A model generated the notes under the pieces. That model was not told the origin of the DNA. It ran no database searches and saw only the letters and a list, made by a program, of their open reading frames with translations. The translations under genes were made by a program, and so were the position numbers. A DNA stretch of 25,356 bases from Thraustochytrium aureum (taxonomy: Eukaryota), in the NCBI GenBank assembly GCA_012862495.1, contig BLSG01000216.1:647796-673151 (forward strand), read 5' to 3'. This document shows, piece after piece, positions 1-19,510 of this stretch (position 1 is the stretch's first letter; each line of letters begins with the position of its first letter).

Positions 1-9981
<9,981 letters not shown>

Positions 9982-10677
9982 GCTCTAGAGCNNNNNNNNN
10001 NNNNNNNNNNNNNNNNNNNNNNNNNNNNNNNNNNNNNNNNNNNNNNNNNNNNNNNNNNNNNNNNNNNNNNNNNNNNNNNNNNNNNNNNNNNNNNNNNNNN
10101 NNNNNNNNNNNNNNNNNNNNNNNNNNNNNNNNNNNNNNNNNNNNNNNNNNNNNNNNNNNNNNNNNNNNNNNNNNNNNNNNNNNNNNNNNNNNNNNNNNNN
10201 NNNNNNNNNNNNNNNNNNNNNNNNNNNNNNNNNNNNNNNNNNNNNNNNNNNNNNNNNNNNNNNNNNNNNNNNNNNNNNNNNNNNNNNNNNNNNNNNNNNN
10301 NNNNNNNNNNNNNNNNNNNNNNNNNNNNNNNNNNNNNNNNNNNNNNNNNNNNNNNNNNNNNNNNNNNNNNNNNNNNNNNNNNNNNNNNNNNNNNNNNNNN
10401 NNNNNNNNNNNNNNNNNNNNNNNNNNNNNNNNNNNNNNNNNNNNNNNNNNNNNNNNNNNNNNNNNNNNNNNNNNNNNNNNNNNNNNNNNNNNNNNNNNNN
10501 NNNNNNNNNNNNNNNNNNNNNNNNNNNNNNNNNNNNNNNNNNNNNNNNNNNNNNNNNNNNNNNNNNNNNNNNNNNNNNNNNNNNNNNNNNNNNNNNNNNN
10601 NNNNNNNNNNNNNNNNNNNNNNNNNNNNNNNNNNNNNNNNNNNNNNNNNNNNNNNNNNNNNNNNNNNNNNNNNNNNG

Positions 10678-11442
10678 CTCTCTGCAGCGCTTGCCATGCT
10701 GGATGAAGTCAGCACGTACGCAGGGGCGATGTTGTGGGATAGGGGCCTGCGGCCAGGCGTGTCTGTGCAGCTCGCAGCGCGCGCGAGACGGCCGCTCGAT
10801 GTCGGTGCGGGCGACATGGTCGTGATTGAGACGCGCCGGCAGAAGATCGGTCGGACAATCGGCTTTGTGGAAATCCAAGTCCGTGCAGACCGTCCGGAGA
10901 GTTCGGCCGCGGATGCGACGCTTGCGCATGCCTCGCACATCAAGTACATGCCAACAGTCCCCTTGAGCGGCGTGTTGTTCCACCCATGGCTGGCCAGTAC
11001 AAAGGCGCCAATACTAGAATGGGGAGCCGAGATGTGGCCAGAGCACCAGCTCGAAATCCCGAGCACAACGCAAGCAGTTCTGGGGCTGCACGACTTTGAG
11101 CACAACACTGAGTCTGCCACGTCACGATGCCGGGCATCCGTCGCGGTAGACCATGGCAACCCGATTGGGGGCCTACACGGCGGCTGCGCAGTTATGATGT
11201 CGGTCGAGGCCGGGGAGGCTGCGCTCCGCGACGGGTTGCACTTTGGAGGGCCTCCTGACGTGACGAAGCCGCACATTATCAAGACCAACTTGCTTTCCAG
11301 CGTGCCCTCGAGCCGAGGCCGGCAGCGGGTCGAGCTTGAGACACAGTTTGATATGCAAGACGGCCAGGCGCACTCGAGGACGACCGTGTCGCACCGCGGC
11401 GCCCCGGCTGTCGACACTGAGGTTTGGTGGGCCGCCTCGTGA
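10678..11442 (+). CDS. Tandem double-hotdog acyl-CoA thioesterase, ACOT13/THEM2/PaaI-like (5' end in gap)
   Basis: Domain 1: LAMLDEVSTYA...RPGVSVQL...GDMVVIET...KIGRTIGFVEIQVR...LAHASHIKYM, matching ACOT13 (D..ST, PGVSV, K.GRT.AF, G.HTKY). Domain 2: HGNPIGGLHGGCAVM. Stop TGA at 11440-11442. Confidence 0.85.
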   Translation, partial: LSAALAMLDEVSTYAGAMLWDRGLRPGVSVQLAARARRPLDVGAGDMVVIETRRQKIGRTIGFVEIQVRADRPESSAADATLAHASHIKYMPTVPLSGVLFHPWLASTKAPILEWGAEMWPEHQLEIPSTTQAVLGLHDFEHNTESATSRCRASVAVDHGNPIGGLHGGCAVMMSVEAGEAALRDGLHFGGPPDVTKPHIIKTNLLSSVPSSRGRQRVELETQFDMQDGQAHSRTTVSHRGAPAVDTEVWWAAS

Positions 11443-11662
11443 AGCAGGAACAAATCTCCACCAGCTAGCACTGCACTGTTTCGCCGGCCGGCCGCGCGGC
11501 CCGGCCGGGGTGGCACGCGTCGATCGTCGTTAGCAGGGGGGCTTCTGAGGTCAAGAGGCCTTTGTAAGTAAACAGCAAGACAAGCGAGCAGAGCTGGGAC
11601 AGCACAGCATTTTCCCCTTTTGTTTCAAAGCGTTAGTTGCACAATCACGTGCCCAGACGCCA

Positions 11663-14600
11663 TCAGCGGCCGCGCGTTCTGAGGAGCTGATCCACGTGCT
11701 CTCCTACTTCAAGAAACGAGCCGAGCTGGCCGCGCAGTGCACTGTTGGTGCCTTTCGGTTTGGTGTTGAAAGCGTTGCCCTCGCTCGCCGCATCAAAAAC
11801 AGTTCCCAGCCATGCTTGGACCGCAGCAACAGCCTCTTGCGGCGACATCGGCGTCTTGGCCGCGTGCTCGCTCTCGCGCTTGGGCTTGGCGGTCCCAGCG
11901 CTGTTGACGGGCTGCAGCTTGCGGAGGCTCACGCGGCCGAGCGCCTTGCGAACCTTGCTGTAGCGGCCCGAGCGGGCGGCGATGCGGCGCACTTCCGAGG
12001 TGATCTTGGGAAACTCGTGCGGGGCGTGCTTCGGGTCCTTGAACGTCTTGGTGCCCTCGCGAATCAGGCGGGCGTGCAGCGCCGCAAGCTCATAGTCCGT
12101 CTTTTTGATCACCCACCGCGTGTGGATCTTCGACGTCGGCCGCTTTTGCCAAGCGCACTCGATCGTGAAGACCTTGACCTCTTCAAACTCGCTCGTGTAC
12201 CGGTTGATCTGCTCCTGCACGCGAGCAAACACCTTGCCGCCTTGGAACTGGAGCGCAGCCGTGGAAGCCCACTCCTCCTCGTCTGGCTTGCGGAACAGGT
12301 CCGTCTGGTCCCAGACGTCCACTGGAAGCGGCGCGTTGCAGGACTGGCACACAAGGCCAAAAATAGGTGTTGTTCTCTGTGCGGCACTGTTCGCACGCGA
12401 CAGGAACGCCGCCAAAGCCCTCGTCCGACTTTTCCGAGTGCGTCGAGTAGCTCTTTCGGCCGAGCGTCCTTGCCAAGTCTGCCGCCATGCGCGCAAACTC
12501 GTCGGCCGAGATCTCGCCCGTTTCCACCGCATCGTGAAGGTTCTTGAGCATGTTCTTCGCGCTCATGATTGGAGTCTCCAGCTCTGCCTCGTTGAGGCGG
12601 TACGTCTTGTCACCGCTCATAGTGGTCTGCCGCGTGAGCGTGTTGTGGCCCGCTGCGTCCTCCTCGGACTGGGCCACTTTGTCGGTGGCGGCCTGCACGC
12701 GCTCCTGCACGTATGAGGTGTTCCGCATCAGCTTGAGCGTCTCCTTGTAGTCGGAGTGGGTGTCCAGCTTGGAAGAGAGGCGCCGCCCCACCTCGCGCGC
12801 AGACTCGGGCCCCCCAAAGAGCCACTTTGCCGCGGACGAGGCGGCCGAGGAGGCGACGCTCGTGGCGCGCTTGAGCTGCTGAAAGTAGTCTTCGCGCAGG
12901 TCCTCGTCGTGCTGGCGCAGCGCCTCGTACTGCGCGGTCTCCTTCATGAGCGACTCTTCGATCTTGGCCATGATCCTGGCCTCGTCCCCCTCCTCGACCT
13001 TGCGGCCTGCCTTTCTCCGCTTGGCGATTTCCTCAGCCGCAGCCGCGCGCGCCTTCCGCTCAATGTCAGCGACGTAGCGGTTGAGACGCTTTTTCTCGGC
13101 CTCGTGAGGGAGGTGGCCAGGAGCGCCTTTGCTCGTGTCCAAGTCGGTGTCGCTCTCCTCAGAGTCGTCCTCGACGTCGCTTTCAGTGGCAGAGTTGCCG
13201 CTGTCCGCGATCACGGACGCGGGGCCGCCATGGGAGTGCTCTTCATCCGGCTCGCCGTGATCCTCTTCGGGGCTTGGCATAACCGCCTTGGTCTTGGCAA
13301 CCGCAGCCGCGATGGCGACTGGGTCGCAGGTGGCCGCCCTCGTCATGGTGGCCTGCCTGATAAGGACCGTCTCCATGTCCTTTTCCTTCTCCAGGGTGGC
13401 CTGCTTGCGCACAGTCGCTTGCTGCTTGAGCTTGGCGAGCTTCTTGCGCTCCAGCTCCTCGAGCATCTTCTTGCGCTCCTCCTCGCGGCGCCTGCGCTCC
13501 TCCTCCTCTTCCTTGCGCTTGCGCTCCAGTTCGGCGAGGCGCTTTCGCTTGCTCTCGAGCTTGTGCGCGAGCTTGCGGTGCGCCACGAATTGGCGCACGC
13601 GGCTCTGGATCCGCACCGCGGCGGCGCGCCGCTCTTGGAGCAACGTGACGAAGGCCTGCTCCGAGCGCACCTTGACGTAGGCGTGGCGCCACCGAAGGCG
13701 CGAGTAATAGTACCGGAAGCGCTTGGCCACGAGGTCGCGCTCGGCGGCAACCGCCTTGTCTTTTGAGGCGCGCTCAGCCCAGATTGAGGCCTGCTGCAGG
13801 ATGCGGTCCAAGACGGCAATGTCGCCCGCACGAAAGAACACCTTGGTGTGGCCGGTCTTGAACTTGGCGGGGTCGATCTGGAACGCCCAGAACAGCGCGC
13901 TCACAAACAGCTTCGGGTCCTCCACTTTCTTCTTGGCTCCCTTGGCCAGCGCGACCGCAGTCGCCTCTTTCGGGAGCGCTCCCATGTACGACTCAACGAG
14001 CTCGTCAAAGGGAATCCGCGTCGGCAGGCCGCTGCGCAGCACCAACGCTGTCTGAGGGATGCTGAGGTGCTTGAGCTGGTGCGACACATACTTGCGGTTG
14101 AACCAGCCGTGGCCCTCGCCGCGCTGGTTGAGCACGTTGGGCTTGACGCAGCGGATGAACGAGCAGGCCGTGCTCTCGAGCATGTTGAGGAGATCCTGGA
14201 TCTGCGAGCGGAACTGCTTGACGATAGACTGGGTGGGTGGCGCGCGTCCGCCGCGTCCGCCTTGTTGCTGCTGCTGCGATCGTGCGACGCGCTGGAAAGC
14301 AGGCGCGAGAATCTTGGACTTGGACGCCGAAAAGAGGTTGTTCACTTCGCTGGGCAGCGCGTCGTTGTTCTTCTCGATGAAGTTGCCGATCGTGTAAGCC
14401 ACGATGCCGGCGTAGTGCTTGACGATGAACTGCTCGTGGCGCACCTTGGGGTGCGGAGTGACAAAGTTGGGGTGGCCTGCAAACTTTTGGTTGAAGGCCG
14501 CCAGCATGCGCTCGTCGGTTGGCTTCATCTCGCGGCTCTGGAGGTCCAGGTCCACCAAAATCGCATCTTTGTACTCGCGCGAGTGGCCCTCGCCCTTGCG

Positions 14601-15589
14601 CTTGCCGGCGAGGAGCTCCATGGCAGCCTCGTTGGTGGGCGGCATCATCGAGGCGCCGTCCAAGACGAGGCCCTCCTTGGCGTACAGCGCGAGCTCAGCC
14701 TCGAACACCTTGCTGTTGAACACGCTCTGGAGGCTTTCGTTGGTGTAGTTGATGAGCAGCTGCTCAAAGTCGTTCCGAGCGAACGATTCAAACCCAAAGA
14801 TGTCCAGCACGCCGATAAAGGGGCCGTCACCCCCGCCCCCGCCGAGGCTGTGGTTGATGCGGCCCACAACGTGCGCCCAAACGTGCGAGTAAATCGCCTT
14901 GGACACCGCATCCCGAGCGAACGACGCCGCGGTGACGTTGCGGTGCACCACGATCTTCTCTCCGCGAGTCTCGACGACGCGCTCCAGCAGGAGGCGCTCA
15001 AGGGCCGCTGTCTCCACGCCGAAGAGCGACGCAGCGCACTCGATTGGGTCGTAGCCCGCCTCGACCTCGACGGGCTGGGCCACGTCGCCTTCGGGCGTCG
15101 ACTTGTCGGTGAAGGCGACGTTGCCGAGGTGGAGCACGCCCGCTACGGCCTTGAATATGGAGAGGACCTCCATGCCCTGGAAGCCGGTGTCGATCATCGC
15201 CTGCTCGAGCTCCTTGAAGCGGTCGATGTCGTTCTCGATGAGCTCGGCTTTCATTTCCTCCTGGGAGACGTCGAGCTGCAGCGCGCTGTTGAGCGGTACA
15301 AGGTACCGAAAGCCGACCCTGTTGAACTTGTCAAAGTGCAGCGCCTTGCGCATCGCGGGGTCAAGCCCCCCGAGCAAGTAGTAGAAGACGTGAAAGTTGC
15401 GCTCCCCGACGGGCCGGTTGCTCACGCGGCTGCGCTCGAGCAGGTACGTCACCACGCTGGCCCCGCTGATGCCGAACGCCGCTGCGGTGCCGCGCTTGGT
15501 GTCGACCTGCTGGAACTCGAGCTTCAGCAGCTTGCCGAAGCGCGACGAGTTGTTGTTGCGCAGGGTCTGGCGTTCCCGAAGCCTCTGTG
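11663..15589 (-). CDS. Unconventional myosin, class XXX-like: motor, IQ, charged SAH/coiled coil, zinc ribbon, PX-like tail (N-terminus and P-loop in gap)
   Basis: Switch I (E)AFGNA(K)TLRNNNSSRFGK, YLLERSRV, ERNFHVFYYL, switch II GVLDIFGFE, NDFEQLLINYTNESLQ, FIVKHYAG.V.Y, FIRCVKPN, GLPTR, GHTKVFFR. IQ motif AVRIQSRVRQFVAHRK. One extra base in the A5 run at 12359-12363 joins ORF 12183.. to ORF 11663-12532, which carries the PX-like tail. Class assignment rests on recalled oomycete class XXX features (EQLLINY, GLPTR, LWAF, PX tail), not a search. Confidence 0.92.
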
Positions 15590-16692
15590 NNNNNNNNNNN
15601 NNNNNNNNNNNNNNNNNNNNNNNNNNNNNNNNNNNNNNNNNNNNNNNNNNNNNNNNNNNNNNNNNNNNNNNNNNNNNNNNNNNNNNNNNNNNNNNNNNNN
15701 NNNNNNNNNNNNNNNNNNNNNNNNNNNNNNNNNNNNNNNNNNNNNNNNNNNNNNNNNNNNNNNNNNNNNNNNNNNNNNNNNNNNNNNNNNNNNNNNNNNN
15801 NNNNNNNNNNNNNNNNNNNNNNNNNNNNNNNNNNNNNNNNNNNNNNNNNNNNNNNNNNNNNNNNNNNNNNNNNNNNNNNNNNNNNNNNNNNNNNNNNNNN
15901 NNNNNNNNNNNNNNNNNNNNNNNNNNNNNNNNNNNNNNNNNNNNNNNNNNNNNNNNNNNNNNNNNNNNNNNNNNNNNNNNNNNNNNNNNNNNNNNNNNNN
16001 NNNNNNNNNNNNNNNNNNNNNNNNNNNNNNNNNNNNNNNNNNNNNNNNNNNNNNNNNNNNNNNNNNNNNNNNNNNNNNNNNNNNNNNNNNNNNNNNNNNN
16101 NNNNNNNNNNNNNNNNNNNNNNNNNNNNNNNNNNNNNNNNNNNNNNNNNNNNNNNNNNNNNNNNNNNNNNNNNNNNNNNNNNNNNNNNNNNNNNNNNNNN
16201 NNNNNNNNNNNNNNNNNNNNNNNNNNNNNNNNNNNNNNNNNNNNNNNNNCACGCAATTCCCCCTTCACATACCCCCCTATCCAGCACCTTACGCGCCTCA
16301 ACCGCACAAAAACGCACCAGTATAATCACGTTTGAACGTGTATTCGAGGGGAATAAAGGACCGGTCAAAGCGAGGAGACTCGCTGCGGGACCCCCTCGCG
16401 AGAGCCAGGGGGGTTCTTTACCTATCGGTGAGGAGGCAGGTGTGCGCTCGCGGGTTTGCGTGACGCGACCCGCTATTTGCGCGACGGCTCCCATAGTTAG
16501 CGGAGATTTTATTTATAGAGGGGGAATCGGCGGCCGGCCCTCTGTTGTGCTGGTGTGGCAAGATAGCGGGTCCGAGTTACGCGAGGGGGGCCGAGCTGAC
16601 GAGGCGGCGGAGCTTTTGTCACGTGGCTTGAGGTAGTGGTGACGAGGAGGGCGTGATAGGCTGGGGAGAGTCTATCGTCATTTTAGGGGTAG

Positions 16693-16796
16693 GTACGTAA
16701 CGGGCGGCGTGGTGACTTGCGAGGCGAGTTGCTGTTGGGTTTGTGTCGTCGCGCTCACTGACCCGAAGCGAGCGAGCGGCCGAACAAGCGTTGCAG
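16693..16796 (+). other. Probable 5'-UTR spliceosomal intron
   Basis: AG|GTACGT donor at 16693 (alternative GTAGGT at 16689), CACTGAC branch-like motif at 16756-16762, TTGCAG acceptor at 16791-16796, then AGCG ATG (16801). Confidence 0.6.
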
Positions 16797-16800
16797 AGCG

Positions 16801-17208
16801 ATGGCGAGTCCTGTAGAGGACTCGAAAGGGAACGACAACGAGCTGGGCACAGTGGTTGATGATGGGAGCGGCTCGGGCCGCGACGAGCTGCCAGAGCCGC
16901 CCGGAATTTGCGACAAGGCAACGAATCTGAATCTGAGCTGCGCGGCGAGGACAGACTCGAACGGGGCCGGCGCCGGCGCAGACGGGCCGCAAGATAATGC
17001 AGAGGGCCACGAGGCAAGTCTCGCAGCGCGCCGACGAGACACAAGCGCAAGCGGGTGGCGGACGGAGCCGTCGACGAGGCCGAGGCGGGCGGCAACGAGA
17101 ACGGTCACAAACTCGCGACTGCGCTGCGGCTCCTGGACGAGCTCTCTCGAGAGCAAGGCGCGGCGCGGGCGTTGAGCGCCGAAACGCTGCGCGAGGTGGC
17201 GCACCGCG
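16801..17208 (+). CDS. Hypothetical protein 5' fragment: a separate gene or a long N-terminus of the downstream transporter
   Basis: ATG follows a splice acceptor. Acidic low-complexity frame MASPVEDSKG... continues after a -1 shift (candidate GG at 17013-17014) into ...HKRKRVADGAVDEAEAGG...LRLLDELSREQ, which is open to the gap. Confidence 0.55.
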
Positions 17209-17941
17209 NNNNNNNNNNNNNNNNNNNNNNNNNNNNNNNNNNNNNNNNNNNNNNNNNNNNNNNNNNNNNNNNNNNNNNNNNNNNNNNNNNNNNNNNNNNN
17301 NNNNNNNNNNNNNNNNNNNNNNNNNNNNNNNNNNNNNNNNNNNNNNNNNNNNNNNNNNNNNNNNNNNNNNNNNNNNNNNNNNNNNNNNNNNNNNNNNNNN
17401 NNNNNNNNNNNNNNNNNNNNNNNNNNNNNNNNNNNNNNNNNNNNNNNNNNNNNNNNNNNNNNNNNNNNNNNNNNNNNNNNNNNNNNNNNNNNNNNNNNNN
17501 NNNNNNNNNNNNNNNNNNNNNNNNNNNNNNNNNNNNNNNNNNNNNNNNNNNNNNNNNNNNNNNNNNNNNNNNNNNNNNNNNNNNNNNNNNNNNNNNNNNN
17601 NNNNNNNNNNNNNNNNNNNNNNNNNNNNNNNNNNNNNNNNNNNNNNNNNNNNNNNNNNNNNNNNNNNNNNNNNNNNNNNNNNNNNNNNNNNNNNNNNNNN
17701 NNNNNNNNNNNNNNNNNNNNNNNNNNNNNNNNNNNNNNNNNNNNNNNNNNNNNNNNNNNNNNNNNNNNNNNNNNNNNNNNNNNNNNNNNNNNNNNNNNNN
17801 NNNNNNNNNNNNNNNNNNNNNNNNNNNNNNNNNNNNNNNNNNNNNNNNNNNNNNNNNNNNNNNNNNNNNNNNNNNNNNNNNNNNNNNNNNNNNNNNNNNN
17901 NNNNNNNNNNNNNNNNNNNNNNNNNNNNNNNNNNNNNNNNN

Positions 17942-19373
17942 GTCCTCCTCTGGAGATGAGGAGGACTCGGGCGGCGAGCTCGACATGGTGCTCGTTGGGA
18001 GCACCGAGGAGGCCAGCACGGTGCCGCGCGCAGAGGGCGCCAAGTCGTCCGTAGCCTTTGAAGCTGCGAGTCTCTTTGCCTTTACCGTCAACTACATTTT
18101 TGGGGCGGGAGTCCTCGGCGTCCCGTACGCGATAGCGAACGGCGGGATCCTCGTATCCTCGCTCGCGCTCGCCTTTTCAAGCGCGCTGTGCCTGGTCGCG
18201 ATGATGTGGATCCTCGAAGCGCAGGAGCGGGCCAAGGCGGCGCTCGGGCATGGGCCAGACGCAGTTGTAGAGTTTAGCGACATGTGCAAGTTTTTCATCG
18301 GGGATGGGGCGCAGCGCGTTTACGAGATCTCACTGACCATTTTTGTGGTGTGCTCGTCCTGGATGTACGCTGCAATCTTCTCTGTCTCGCTGGCCAAGAC
18401 GCTCCCGCTGTTCAGTAATGCGACAGAGTGCGACCTGAGCTCGCACGAGGGGTTCCTGTGGTCCGTGCCGCAACGCGCGTGCTGGGGCGACTACCTGATA
18501 TACATGTTTTTGTTTGCAGGGGCCATGTCGGTCCTCGTGCGCACAGACATTGCGGCGATGAAGTCGCTTCAGCTGGCACTAACCTGCGTCGGCCTCACGG
18601 CCCTTGTGACGATGATCGCCACAGTCCTCGCGGCAATGCCGGGGGACGGCATCAGCGAGCTGTCGTGGGAGACAAAGTTCTTCAACGCCTCCAACTTTGG
18701 GTCCGTCTTTGGGACGTTTGTGTTCGCTCAGCTCTGCCACCACGGTGTCCCGCTCTTGTATGCGATCCCAAAGCGCAAGTCGATCGTCCGCCCTGTCTTT
18801 GTCGGCGTCATCCTGACAACGACGACAATGTACCTGATGCTGGGCGTGCTGTGCGCACTCTTTTTCGGCGTGGGCAGCGGCTCGATTGACCCGCCTCCTG
18901 TGAACAAGCTCATAACGCTCGATTGGGAAAAGTACACCGCCGGTAAGCTCACGGCCGGCGCGTTTGCCACATTCGTGTCTTACTTTGTGCGCCTCTATCC
19001 CGCTGTGACGTGCGGGGCCGCATTCCCGCTGTACGTGATAACGCTCGGGAACGGATGGTTTCAGCTCTACCACAGGGGGGGCGAGCCGGGTGACGTCTCG
19101 CGCAACCCGTTTTATATGATTGCGATGGTGCCGGCAATTCTTTTCGGGTCCGTTATGGCAGACGTCGGGTTCATGCTGCTTTTCGTGGGCCTCTCGGCCT
19201 TTGTGATCGCCTTCTTCATGCCGCCGCTTTTGCAGCTGCGTTCGCTGTCGCGCGTGCCTTCTCTTGAGCAGACGCTCTACTCTGGATTTTACTCGTCGCG
19301 CGCGATGTGCTACTTGTGCCTCGCGTTTGCGGTTGTTGCGACGATCTTTACGCTGTACAGCCGCTTTGCGTGA
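17942..19373 (+). CDS. TMEM104: Amino-acid transporter, Aa_trans/SLC38 family, TMEM104-like (5' end possibly in gap)
   Basis: About 10-11 hydrophobic segments. TM1 motif FTVNYIFGAGVLGVPYA, VEFSDMCKFFIG, and FGTFVFAQLCHHGVPLL resembling TMEM104 FG..VYSFMCQHSLPSL. Stop TGA at 19371-19373. Confidence 0.85.
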
Positions 19374-19510
19374 GGGCGCGAGACTGCGACTTATGGACAA
19401 CGCGGTCAACACAGACCCCAAGACGCATGCTTCGGCTGCTTTTTCCTTCATAACTACTGTTGATTGAAACACTGACTTGGAGCTGCGAATCCTCACTCTG
19501 TCAGGTGCTG

